A DNA stretch of 63,783 nucleotides, the filler included, from Choristocarpus tenellus KU-1152 (taxonomy: Eukaryota; Protista; Phaeophyceae), in assembly GCA_964200185.2 (NCBI GenBank). It is 8 parts of 8 records of this genome, joined end to end, with 100 filler letters (N's around TTAATTAATTAA, not from the genome) between each part and the next. Parts side by side here need not be neighbours in the genome. Positions count along the whole stretch, not along the records: positions 20,674 to 43,464 come from CAXNAD020000276.1; 7 more parts are not named here. One strand, written 5' to 3'. Position numbers and translations under genes: made by a program. How positions within the stretch are numbered: the stretch's first letter is position 1; each line of letters begins with the position of its first letter. This document shows, piece by piece, positions 27,436 to 41,532 of the stretch. The notes beneath the pieces were generated by a model. That model saw nothing but the letters and a program-made list of their open reading frames with translations. It had not been told where the DNA came from and did not search any database.

Positions 27436-28163
27436 GCCCTTCCTCCATGACGAGAAGCACTGATGTTCAACCATGCTTTCGTAAAAAATATCGATCAACC
27501 TCAAATTCCTTCAATGGTTTTCAGGAGATGGGGAAGGCGGAGTGCAACACTAACAAGAGATGTTTGGTTTGATCTGCATTTTGCATTTGGAGGGCAATGG
27601 GGAAGAAGAAAGAGAATGAGAGCAGTGGCGGAGGGGTTAGCGGAAGACCTCGTGGGACTCGCAAGAACATCGTGGGAAGGCAAGGGCCATAATGTTGTCT
27701 CTTTTTGTGCTGTTGACCTGTGAAACCTCGCTGTACAACGATGTAGATAGGAACTCCATTTACGAGGTAGGTGACCGTCTGCCTGTGCAGCACGTTGAAT
27801 CAAACAACTTCATGTCCTTGTATAGCTACGGTGACTGAAGCCAAAGGTTTTGTGATAGTCTCGTATAGTACTTTCCCGTAGAGGATGGGAATGTGGTATT
27901 GGCTCTGAGACCACACCTGATCTCTGCTGAACACATTGACATGCAGTTCGTGAATCTGGCAACTTCTTGCCCGTGCATCGTGACAACACTTTCGGACTAT
28001 GGGTTCATGCCAGCAGTCGTATAGTTATCGTATGTTTGTGCACAGCACTCCAGGCAAGGTAACATGTAGATGCTAGGCATTCAATTATCTTTGATCTCAT
28101 TGAACGTTTTCTCGACCGATGCACGCTGAACCCTTGTGATCACCACGTACTATGCCTGGACAG

Positions 28164-31100
28164 CGAGTCCAAAGGACTACTCCAGGCGGCTGCCTCGTCG
28201 GGCTTCATTGGCTTCTCGGCGTTTGCCTCGTCAACCAAGCCGCTTAGCACTGGGAGTACGTCCAAGTCGGAGGGTGGTCGGAAATGGACTGGCCCTGGTA
28301 GAAACGGGAGGAATCATGGCGTTGGGATGTATTCTGGAAGCAGTGGGGGGCAGGTGTGTTACCGTTTAGGTCCTGGTTCGTATCGACCTGTGCGTACAAT
28401 GCTTCAAAAGAACTTATTTGATGTTGCAGTGCATATGTGCGATAGATACCAATGACACTCTTCATCTGCGAGTTGGATATCTTGTCTACCTAACTACATG
28501 CTGCAGAGATTGGGGAGGAGTGAATTGAAGCTCATGATAGTGTACGCCCTCTTTACTCCCTCCTCAAATGTGAAAGGTTTTCCCTGAAATCGTCCTTTGC
28601 TCCGCAATGTTCGCTGGTTCAACTTGCATTGGAGAAGGGTAATCCATTGGTGACTATAGACATATGAGAAATGCGTGGAAACAGTGGGAGTGTTTCTAGT
28701 TCCCCGAACAGCCTAAATGTCCAGTCCATTGCCCTGATTGGGCATCCTGTTACTGATTTTTGAGTTTGGGAGTATGACATTTGGTGTCAGTTTCCTCCAA
28801 CTATTGCTATTTTTAGAGAGCAATGAACTTACACGCCATACAAATTCTTTTGTTGAGCTATGCTCTTTTCTATTGCCTCTTTCCTGTTTGCTGTATAAAT
28901 CCTTTGGTAGGTGCTTCCCCCTCATTACAGTGGATCAGACAGCCACTTAGCAGTTGTGTGCAAACGCCTGTCAAAGCAAGACTCCACAACAAAGCTGAAG
29001 GCGCTGGTGGAGCTTCAGGCCTTGTGTAGGTATCTCAATTTGATCTGTGTGTGTGCTATTTATAGCCCTGGCAGCAATCCGATATGCGGTACTTCAATAT
29101 AGGGTCCTTGTCTCTCATGTTCTGTAGTCCTTTCTTGAGCGAACTATGTTTCTAATTTTCTGGTCAAGTCTAACCTCACAGCTTTTCACCTACAGCACAC
29201 AATGAACCATTTTTTTTCTATTGGCTTTGCTCTGAACCTGGTAAGAAGATTTCCTCCTTCCTAATCCACTTCAAAATGACATTGAGTGTTACACAGCAAA
29301 CCTCAATATATATATTTTTTCAAGTTTTGTTATTAAAAAAAAGTTATTATTATTCACTCTAGTGTTACCTGTGGACACTGTGATTAGTTTATGAAGAGTG
29401 AGCGTACTTGCTCTCAGATCAGACAATCTCAAGAAACAAAATCGCTGCCAACACCATCGACATGCATATGAAAGCCTTGATCTGGGTCTGCATGACCAAG
29501 GTAGGGATGGGGGGTAGCATACAGCCTTTCTTCCTCCCTACTGTCCACTTTCAGTAACCTTGTTGTGCTGATGCATTCCTATACCTGTATATTGTTGTGT
29601 GGTGTTTTTTGGCAATACCTCAACCTTCAACACCATTCAGAACAAAAGTGAAAACAATATGTACATTTTCATTTGAGATAGATGACCAACCGTAATGATG
29701 TGTACAGAACCTAATGCAACATCCTCACACACGACAAATGAGATGAAAATGAGATTATAATGAGATTAAAATGAGAGTAGAGGGTGGTTGCAATTGGGTC
29801 TCTTGAAGAGTAGGCCTTACTGGACATGTCAGTGCAGGCAATTTGCCAAGCACAACCAACCATAATGTGGGTCAAAATGCAGAGGCCTTCCATATGATGG
29901 CTGCTCTCTTCTGATAGGCAAACACAACTTGTTGCCTATGACGTATTGTCACCTATGTCATCAACACAATTTACGAACATCCCTCGATAATTTAGGTAGC
30001 TTTTTTTGTGAGAGTAAATAACTGCCTGTTGCCATTGTTAATAGTGCCTCTACAACTATGCTTTTGAATATTATTTTTGTGAATGTAACGGTCTGTTGCA
30101 CGTGCTAAAATGATAGTGTTTCAAAGTACCTGCAAAATCAGTGTCTGCCCCAGACTGTTACGCCTACTCGCCAATTTGTGTTCTGAATGGTGTGAAAAGG
30201 GTTCTAAATGTTGTTCGAGTGGGTTAAGGTTAGGGTTAGGGTTTCTGCATGTGGGAGGCTGGTATTATAATGTGACTGCACTGTAGCTGATGAAGGACAG
30301 CTAGCTCACTGTGTGTTGATTTATTAATGACCTGGGTGTCCTGTTGGTGTGACTTATTAGTACTATACTTGACTGTTATTTTTCAGACCTTTCACTGGGT
30401 TGGGCAGTTGGAATGTCCACTTTCTGGGTCATGATCGTGTTGTGCCTGCCCATTTGGCACATTTGATGGCCATTGACTCGGCCATGCTCGAACTTGGTTG
30501 TACAGGGCTGTCCATCAACCCGTCCATGTTGAAGTAGTGATGGCCATGGACCTGACCACGTTAGAAGATTTTATCAATGTCCGGTCGGGTAAAACACATT
30601 TGACTCACAGGCTGGCCATGTCATAGCATGTCATACAGATCCATTAACTCTAAATATTAAGTAGTAGTACAGTTTCAAGCAAAATAAGTCTGGCTTTTAT
30701 GGTGATGACTAAGAGAGTGTGGTGTTTGCAGAGTAAAGTGAAACATTATTAAAGTATTGCAACAATACTACAAGTGAAACAATACTACGTTTTGGAGCAA
30801 AGAACATCCAGTGATGATGTCATGATAGCGAAGTTTCTATTTGTGAGGTGCATACAAATCGGGCAAGGAACAGCATGTACTGGACTCATACAGCATGTAC
30901 TGGACATGGTCTGGACATGGTCTGGACTGGACATGTTAGACAATGTTGGACTGGTCCGGCCAGTGACATCGACAAGTACAGAACCTGTTGGACATGGTCT
31001 GGGTATATGTATATAGGAAGTAGTAGGCATGATCCGACCGGTGAACATGAACCAGTACAATACCTAATGGACATGGACTGGGATATGTGTGAGAAAATTT

Positions 31101-34100
31101 GTGGGACTGGTCTGGTCTGGTCCTTGGACGGGACCACTCATTTGCCAGCCCAGTGAAAGGCCTTTCTATTATTCAATATTGCCTCAAAATCTGACAAAGG
31201 AATTAGGTGATACACCTTGTATTTTCCGATTTCTTCTATCCTACCTCAACCCTTTGGTTAAGTCTTGTATCCCTATCCCTGTCCTTTATCTTTGAAGTGT
31301 AATGGTATCAATATGTTTTTTGATTACTGTTGCTTATATATTTTTTATTATGTGCCTTGTATAAGGGTGATTCTTGTTTTGGCACAAGGTTTTGGTTTGC
31401 AGTGGAAGAGATATGCAGTATGCAAGGCGTGGAAGTATCTGCATTGTGTAGTTTGAACTGTCCTTGGAAATACATCAACACATTTCTCAGCTCTAACCCT
31501 AAAACCTTTACCCTAATCCCAACCCTAACCCTAATGCAACATTTGTTTGTATAACAAGTCGGTTTTCCTCTCATAGTGGTCCAAAATCGTCCTCAACTGA
31601 AGTGCAAGCAAGCTTAACAGAGTCTACATCAGAAATTGAAATTACCAACTCAGGTTGTGTTAATCTTTTGAACCTGTACCAACCTGTACTGCAGTGGTTC
31701 ACTGTGGTTCACAGTGGTTCACAGTGGTCTAACGATGCAAGCGCCTGTGAGGCCACGTAGGGAAAGGACCACATACTTGCATAGTATATATAGTATAGAG
31801 GTCAAGGTCATACTTTGAAGTACTGGTCTACTGCTGTACAAGCAATCAAATATAACCTAGACATGCTTTATGCCCTACATGTAACTGTATAGTTACGGCA
31901 ATGAAAAACAAGATGTGAAAAAGTGTGTAGTAGAGTCAAGGTTAGGGTTATCGTTTGGGTTAGGGTTGGATAGGATTTTAAAGTATGAGTTTATATGTTG
32001 TGCCTGGACTGATGTGAGGGGAGAGTTGGGCTTTAAATGGTCTTGTTCTTCACAGTCGAAACTTGTTTCTTTTTTAGACGAGTAGAGCTGTACCAGCAGG
32101 ATATATATATATATATATAAATATCATTTTATTTTTATTATTCTTGCATGATTATGCTTATTATTATTCTTATACTATTATTGTTACTATTTTTATTTCA
32201 TCATTGTTCGTGTTACTATTAGTATACTATGGTGGATATGCCACTTGTTTGTTCAAAGGGTGTGTGTGTGAGTGTGCCAATCTGATGAGTTAAGTTGAAC
32301 ATGGTGGGGTGGGTAAAGTACCACTGATATTGATGGGGGGGTGAAGGGTTCTATTACTATTACTAAGTGTTTGTTTTTGTGTATGTAAGGTACTCCTGGT
32401 GCTGTTCATCCAATCACAGTAACATACTTGATGTTAAAATACTACAGTGTTACACATGTTACTGCATATCTTGACTAAAGAAAAATTAGTACTAATAATA
32501 ATTGTAATAATGATTTTGTGCATACTTTGATTTAGACTTGGTCCATGTGGAAAATGACTTGTGTATCTACTGCATAATCTCCATTGCTTAGGGTTAGGGT
32601 TACAAATGTATACTTACAAATGTATACTTGCCAAATCAGAAAATAATTCCTCCCTCTTTTTTCTTTCTTTTTTTCTTCTGAAGGGGTGTCATTGACAGGA
32701 GCACCTCCGCCAGTGTCACTGAATGCACCAAGGAAAATGAGGGTACCACCTCCTCTGCTCGTGTCCTTGGTGGGCTAGAGGTGCAACACTCTTGCACCCG
32801 AGAAGCCCTGGGATTGATGGCACCACACTGGATATTTATATACCATCGCCTATCTACTGAGGGGGACAGGAGGGTGAGGGGGTGTGATGAGGAGTTGATA
32901 AGGTTACGGGTTGTCATTATATGGGAAGTACAGGGTTTGGTCTTCATTGAGGGTGTGTGCGTTGATTGGGATGCTGATTAGGATGCTGCACCTCTCAAGT
33001 AATGTGTATGTTGTTGTACAGTTGTACAGTTGTTGTGTTGTGCCTACTTTTTTATGTTTTTTGTTGTGTTGTTATGGTATGGAGAGGTGAAAGAAAAAAA
33101 AATGTGTGAAGAACCCTAACCCTTACCCTAACCCCAACCCTAACCCAGAGAAGTTACAAGTGGTGACATATGCTTTTGACTATTGCTCAATATAAAAGGG
33201 TACACCTTGCATGTGTAGAGGAACAAGAATTGTTCTTTTGTCTTTATCAAAGGTTGAAGTCCGGCGTAGGGACTGGAAGGATGCTTTTCTCCTCCCTTGT
33301 TCTTTTCTCCTACCTTGTTCTTTTCTCCTCTCTTGTTCTTTTCTCCTCCCTTGTTCTTTTCTCCTTCCTTGTTCTTCCTGGAGCACATTTTTTGATTCTT
33401 TGTATTGGAGGGTTCAGGTCTTGGGTTTCTCCCTAACTGTGTACACATGGAAGTGTGTGACTCATTTGATTGGAGTATCTACATACATGGTACAAGCTCT
33501 TATTGTACCTAGAGTACAGTACATTACATCCTTGAATAGTAGTAATATACCCCATGTCATCACCTCCCCAGTAGAGCGTTTGCTGTTGACAGGGTAATTC
33601 AAATAATTCTTGTCCATGTTCCTTTTTTTAAAAAATGGGTAAGGTGAGAAGTGATAAGGTATACCTTTTGGAGGCAAGTGCTTTCTTTTTGTATGTACGG
33701 ATACATGATATTTTCATTCCCTTGCATGCTTGTGTCTGATGTTGATTTTTTTTTCCATTCAAGTTGTTGTGAGCGATCCACTGTCCAATCAGATTGAATT
33801 GAATGAAGAGATTGTGTTCTGAATTCCCAACAGGTTATACTCGTACTATTTTTTTTTTCTAATATTTCTGAGCTTTGTTGCTATGAAGGCACCAATATCG
33901 ATCTGTCAGGAAACCTAAGTTGAGGTGAATGATGGATTCATTTCCGTTCTAATTTCCTTGGTCGTGATTTGGGAAATTAGAAAATTAAAAGTATACTCCA
34001 GACAACCATTGTGTAACTTTTAATTTTGTTACTGAAATTTCTTCAGACAAGTGTCAAGTGTCAAGTGCAGTGTCATGAATATGTTCACATTTAGTTGGTT

Positions 34101-37100
34101 GTATGGAATCACTAACAAAGAAACTGCTGATAGTGTATGTGGTGTTACTTGTACCATTTTGTGATAAATATCATAAATATCATATAGTGATATCAACATA
34201 CCCCTGGACCAACCACACCTTTCCAAGTTGGTGTAGAGCAGGAAATTTCTGATGTAAATTTCTGATTTACCTGTCAGCCCGCTTGAAAAGAGGTCCCAAT
34301 TTAGAGCCCTGGTGCAGTGCAACGTCAATGTAGAGATACAACTGTCAATATATCTACTGATGTAAATGTCAATGTATCTACTGATGTAACTCTTGAAGTA
34401 TATAGTGATACACCTGGAGTTGATGTAAATAGGGTGGCGGTTTCATCAGTGGTATGGTATGCCTGTGAAGAGAAACTGTTGACGTTATGTTGTTATACTC
34501 ATGTTGTTATTGTCCAAGGGGTATCGACCCATCGTATTGAAATGATGCCATCCTTCAGTTTCTCACAAAAATTAGAAGCCTCCAACTTTTTAAAGGACTA
34601 TTTCCATCTTGTGCATGTTTCCATCTTGTGCATGTGAAAGTATGAAGTGGTGGATGCTCGTGTCTTTCCCCAACCTTATTGTGCTAAGACCTTTCATCCA
34701 ACTGTTTTGGTTTGCAGACACGGGAGAGTGTGAACTGTACCTTACTGTGGATGATGAAGGCCAATAGGAAAGCCTTCCAGCCACTGCTTGGGTCCCTTCT
34801 GGGTCCATGGTGGTGTGCGCAGGCTGATACTGCTGCAGAGGTTAGTTGGTCAGAAAAAAAGAAAACAGTGTAGTTTTATTTCTTATTATAAAATGCTTAT
34901 ATTTTTGGGTAGTATCACTGTTAGTACCGTTTTGCTTGATGACTTAAAAAAAGCTGTTATTTGTGCTTAATACATTAGTGTTAATAGGGTTTACTACATT
35001 GCTGTTGTTGATGTTGATAAATTGGTGTTACTAGTGTTGATACGTAAGTGTTATTTGTGTTGCTATGTTAGTGTTTGTATATTAGTGTTTGTACATTAGT
35101 GTTGACCAATAGTATCTTAGAGGGGGAGGGTATTTAGCCCAGGTTGTCCATTCAGAGGTTGATGGGTGTGTTTTAAGATACTCCAGTTTGGTGCCCGTGC
35201 TGTGAGTGAATTTGCTTTGGATTTGGTTCAGGTAGGGGGATGGAAAAGAAAGGTGCATTCAGATGAAGGAAACTGGCCCTGTATCTGACATATTCACTCA
35301 AATGACCTCAAAATCACTAGATGTTTACACAGGCTCAGAATGGATGCCTGCCCCTCCCTCTAGGATACTATTGGTCATTAATTTATTGCTGTTACTAGTG
35401 TTGATGTATTATTGTAAACACTTTGGTTACTACCATGGGTTGATTTTTAACTTTTTTTTTGTTCACCTGTATGTGTCCAACATGCTACATGAGTAGAGTC
35501 AAGGTCCGGAAAAAATAGAAGTTAGAATTAGAATTAGGGCTATGGCAGATTGTGCAGTATTAGTGTCAGCATTACTGGTATATTGATCTTGTTGATATTT
35601 GTCCCTCATGTGTGTATGTTGTTGGTGCTATTATTTGTATTCTTATTAGCAAAGCATCATCATAATCATCGTCATTATTATTATTATTACTATTATAAGT
35701 AGTAGTATTTACATTGGTGTAGTTAGGGCAGGTTGACCACAGTATGTTGACATGAATATTTGGTGTGTGTGTTGTTATGTGCCAGGTGGCTACTGCTGCC
35801 AAGGATGCATTTGAGTCAGTGTTTCCAGTCAAGAGGCGTCCAGATGTGCTCAGCAGATGTGCTGGTGAGATTTTTTGTAGCTGTTCATTTGTTGACTTTT
35901 TGACTGGCTCATTCACTAGTGATATTAACATCCTTGTCCTGACTACTAGCCCTAACTCCATAACTTTTCAATAACACTGATAATACTATTGATACTACTG
36001 GTAATAACACTGATAATACTATTGATACTACTGATAATAATACTGATAATACTATTGATACTACTGGTAATAATACTGATCATAATATTGATACTACTGG
36101 TAATAATACTGATAATACTATTGATACTACTGGTAATAACACTGATAATACTATTGATACTACTGGTAATAATACTGATAATACTATTGATACTACTGGT
36201 AATAATACTGATAATACTACCGATGGCACTCATAGTAATAAAGATGTATTTTGAGAAAGGATACCATGTAGTGGTACCATGGGTAATGATATCTTGTGTA
36301 GACTATGGTTTTGTTTGATTTGAAAATATATTAATGTTCTATGATGAAATGACTAAACTGTTGGAAGAAGAAATGTCTAAAATGGGTCAGATTGACCATG
36401 TAGAAACCTTTGTTGTAGATTGAAAGAGGCTTTGTTGTCGTCTATTGACATCTATGAACACTATTAATAGTGTAATAAATGGACAACTAATTGATAAGTA
36501 CAATGAGTTTACCTTGTGTTACTACTAGCAATTGCAATGAAATTATTAAGTGAACAATGGAGTATTAATCAGTAATAACATTATGAATACTACATAATAC
36601 CAGAATTTAAGAGAATAAAATAAGACCTGCGTTATATTGGTAAATGCCCATGGGATTATTAGAGTGACGGAGAGCGCAGATCGTGGAGCATGTGTCACTA
36701 GGTGTGGAATGGGTGCATTATGTGACTAAAGTTTGCATGTGAGTTAGAGTTGAACTACCTGAGAGGAATGTGTAACACAGTTTTTGGTTGTTATATATTA
36801 TGTTAGTACAATGTTTAACTTTTCCGTAACCCCTGTGTAGTACACACTAGTTTCATGTTTTAAATACACAATTCAAGCCCCCCAAACGATGGTGTCACAG
36901 CAGAAGAGAGAGGCCAATTGAACTATTTGCTCACAAATGAGGAAAGACCATTTTTGTAATGTTCAGGAAGGCGTATTTTTTCTATGTCTGGGGATACTTG
37001 TTATGCAACGGTATGTGGCATTTGTTTACTCAATGATAACATTGTTGATTTGTTGGATGGGTTTTATTTAATTAATGTTATAGTTTAATGAGATGGCTTT

Positions 37101-40100
37101 TAGAAGTTGTTTCTGTTTTGGACTCTCTACGTTGGTTTAAGGGTTAGCAATTGAACGAGATGCCTTGGGAGGCAGGAGGTACGGTGAATATCTCTTCTTG
37201 GCAAGTGAAGCCAAGTTTGCTTAGTATTAGGGCAGCTTTTCATTATAATTTTTCATGAGAACTTCTGTGCAACAAGTGTCTTGTGAATTATGTTTTGTTT
37301 TGTTTATTTTTTAATATTTGAAGTTGACCTGTCTTGGTTTATGGCTAAGGGTGGTACGCTTATATTTTTGAAATGACTAGATAATCAATTTTTGAAATAA
37401 TTGTTTAAAATTAAGTCGTGTTTATTGTATTTTTATTGCGATGCAGATGGGGGAGAGAGAGGGTAGCGGTTTAGTACAATATTAGTACTATATATCAGGT
37501 ACACCTTACACTGTTAAAGGTTTCTTATACAGGAATATCATACCACCGACTTTTCCTTTTTTTCCTGTCAATACTGTATATGAATAATGTGTATGAATAA
37601 TGTGTATGAATAATTTATATGAATAATGTGTATGAATAATGTATATGAATAATTTGTATGAATAATGTATACAAATAATGTTTATGAATATTGTGTATGA
37701 ATAATTTGTATGAATATTGTGTATGAATAATGTATACAAATAATGTTTATGAATATTGTGTATGAATAATGTATACAAATAATGTTTATGAATAATTTAT
37801 ATGAATATTGTGTATGAATAATGTATACAAATAATGTTTATGAATAATGTGTATGAATAATTTATATGAATATTGTGTATGAATAATGTTTATGAATAAT
37901 CAACGGTCCTGTTGCTTTTTTTGGCATAGGCGTATTATAATATAGTCAAGTGTACACCTGAAGGAGCCAATAAGATCTGCAGTGTTTGTCTTTTTTGTTT
38001 ATTGTGTAGTTAATAAAATTTATTAATGAGTGTGTACAACAACAATAATTATTTTATTATTAGCAATAATTATAGTAACTGTTGATGTGCTCATGTGCAT
38101 ATGGTGGATGTGGATGGTATGAGACAGGTGATATCCTGCGACATCTGGGCCGCAACCTTTTTCAGACTCAACAAACGTTACAAGAGGCTATGGGGTGCAG
38201 TCCGGAAGAGGTGAGTGCAGCGAAGAGTATGCCTGACCATAACCCTAACCCTAAGAGATGTACATTTCCCTGATGATATTGTTTTTAACCCTAGCTCTAA
38301 CCCTAACCCTAGCCTTTGGTAGACTGTGTGTTGATGTGTTGTTGTGTGATGTATGTTGATGCACTGGCAGTGGAAACCAAAAAGCATATAGATGTAAGCA
38401 GGTATGTATGAGATGGACAACAACCAGCACTGATATGTCATCCTGGATGAATTAACTTCTAATTAGTAAATATTTCATGCAATAGGTAGGGTGGAAGAAC
38501 AAAAGTTAAAGGAGTAAGGGCTATTAGTATGTTTAGCCTGGATGCTAGTGTTGTGCTCTTCCAACTATGGGTTAATGATAGTGTTATTGATAGTGTTGTT
38601 GGTGGTGTTAGTGTTATGATTTTGGTTAGTTTTATGTAGCATTAGGGTTAGGGTCATGATATGGGTGCATCCTGTATGCTTGAATATCATTGTGTAAGAG
38701 TTGGAGGTTAGGACTATGCTCAGGTTTTGTGTAATTACATAAATTTTATGGATAGTGTTGCTATGGTGTTGATATATACCATTCTGTAATCTATGGACAG
38801 CATGTGGAGGTTCAGAGTCAGCTAACCATAACCCTACTCCAAGAGTTAACCCTAACCCTATTGAAGAGACCTATACAACATCATGAGAAACTTGAAATTA
38901 CGTCCATCGTTTCATTTGAAATCTTGATGTTGACCTCGAATATAATGTTTTTGGAGATACTTGTAGATTCTGGTCCAAAATTATACACCAAAGAGTACTT
39001 CTAAATTTATTTCATGTATTCAATATAGCAGATGGAGAATTTGTTGACACAGTTGAGGGGATGATTCAGGACATGGTTGATGTTATTGTTCACTACCCAC
39101 ATCTTACTGCAATAATAATAATAATAATAATAATGATCTTGAGGCACAATGAGTTATTTTGGAAACATTCATTTGACAAAGAGGTGTTTGATCACAATTT
39201 TTATAAGTTCTGATTCTTATCTTGTCAAGATAACACAGTTGATATCAAGAATGTATCTCTTGATACGTGACTACGTTGTGTTATCTTGACTACGTTGTGA
39301 CTAGTTCTGTACACTGGGTAATCCTTCAGTTGGTGCAGACTGAACAAGTATCGTAATTGTGAGGGTATAGTTTGGTATTATCATAGAGCTGTGAATGAGA
39401 GGTTGCAGCATTGGACGCCCTTGTGGCTTGAGTGTGAAAGGGACAGTTCCTATCTTGAGTTATGTGGGTTCAATCCCTGTCTATGCCAGACCTTTTTTTT
39501 AAAAAATCTGTTTTTGTTTCTCCATTTGAATGTGTCAAGGTGCAGTGCATGGTATCCAGTCTCTTGCTATATCACAAAAATTCCGTACCAAGGTCAAGGT
39601 GGATGTGGCAGTCTTTGAGGCAAGCCCAGCAAGAGATTTGATTGAGGGAGGAGTTGGAGTGAGGAGTGATGTGATGGGAGTGATATGATGGGAGTGATGA
39701 ACTCAACCCAAAGTGTGGCAAGCAAGGCATGAACAGAGGCAGTACAGTCAGTCATAGTACTATACTAGATTTACTTGCATCACATCACATCATATCACTC
39801 GTAGTGCTTATTATGGAAGTAGTGCAGTGTGTGTGTGTAGTGCCTCTGACCACGGGTCGGGACAATCCTCAAGCTAAAGTGATAACAAATATGATGTAGT
39901 AACAATATTAATAATATATAATAATAATATATAATAATAGTAAATTTGGAGCTCCCATCTGGATCCATCATATTTTGTGTGAGGAGTATGATAGTCACCA
40001 CCTTGTACATACATATATCTACGTACACTGATTTCTCCTTAGTACAAACTTCTTGAAATGAAGCATGTATATATGTGTATGGTGTTAGTAATTATTGTTT

Positions 40101-41501
40101 CAGTTTGGAGTACATTTTATTTTCGATTTTGATACAGGCAGTCACAATCAAGTGGATGGGTGTGGTTCAAAGCGTGACTCTTGGGTGCCTCCAGCTGGTA
40201 ACAGGATGACTATTAATGTATATATATATCTTGTATGATAATGGTACGATATATATATATTGATATATTGATATAAACTATGCTCTGCGTGCAATATAAA
40301 ATGGATGACTGTTGATACATATTTATGTTGTATGTTACATATTGCAATATAAAATGGATGACTATTGATACATATTTATGTTGTATGTTATATATTGCAT
40401 ATTGATATAATCTATGCTCTGCATGCAATATAAAAACATGTTTTGCTTGCAAAAATAAATGACCTGAACAATCAAACAGGCAGAGAAGCGATATGATCGT
40501 ATGACTGTTTCCAGTCTGAGGGCATTGGCTAATCTGATGGAAGCACTGCCAAAGGAAGTGAATGAGGCACTGTGTGTGTCATCTTCATTGAGTGTCAAAG
40601 TCAACACTCTTACCCTGGGAGACACAGACACCAACCATGATGCATACAAGGAGATTGAAGAGGAGGAGGAGGAGGTGGGGGATTGAGAGGGTATTGTATG
40701 AGTGTCGGGGGATACTCTTTGAAGTGTTAAGGTTAGGGTTAGGGTTTGCCGTGATCATTCTTCTTTTGATATTGGATTAGGGTTAGGGATAAGGTTAAGT
40801 TTAAGTTTTTTTTTTCTTACAGCTGGTCCGTTAAAAGAGATACCAGGCTTGAGGCTTCTGCTCAGGGATTGGTTGTTACTGAGTGGCATTGGTATTAGAG
40901 GATGAGGATGTCTGTTGTTAGGGTGTACTATCTGTAGATGATTGGTATGAGGCAGACAGTTAGGGACAGATCTGGGCTTAGTTGGAATATTGTTTTTTCT
41001 TTAGGATGGGGTGTTGGAATCAGGCTTTAAAAAAGACTTTAGATAAGAGAATACTGATACACAGGAGCATTGTGTACGCCTTCTAGGTTATAATGTTTTT
41101 TCTGTTCTTGAGACTTGGATTATTAATTGATAAAGGATGACTTGAATTTTTTGTGCACAGGTTAGAGTTCAGGTTATAGAGCTGCGTCAGGGTTAGGGAT
41201 TGAATATATTGATAGTTGGAGCTGTATAGTTTGTAAGATAGTTTGCCGTAGGTACGTAGATGCTGTGATTTGGTTTACATGGTGTTTTTTTATTCAAACG
41301 CTGTCGGGATGTGTCTGTACTAGTTGTAGTAAACATTAAGATATTAGTATTTAATACTGTTATTAATACTGCTATACTGTTATCAGTATAATAGCTACTA
41401 AAAGTACAAAAAACATGTCATGTGTCACTAACTACATCCTCTCTACCCCCCCCCCCCCNNNNNNNNNNAAAACACCCTCTTTTTCCACAACACCCCCCCC
41501 C

Positions 41502-41532
<31 letters not shown>

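Noticed and set aside
35952-37900. Regularly repeated units as a CRISPR array or membrane-protein ORFs
   Set aside because: No unique spacers; plain intronic tandem repeats in a eukaryotic gene; no cas genes.
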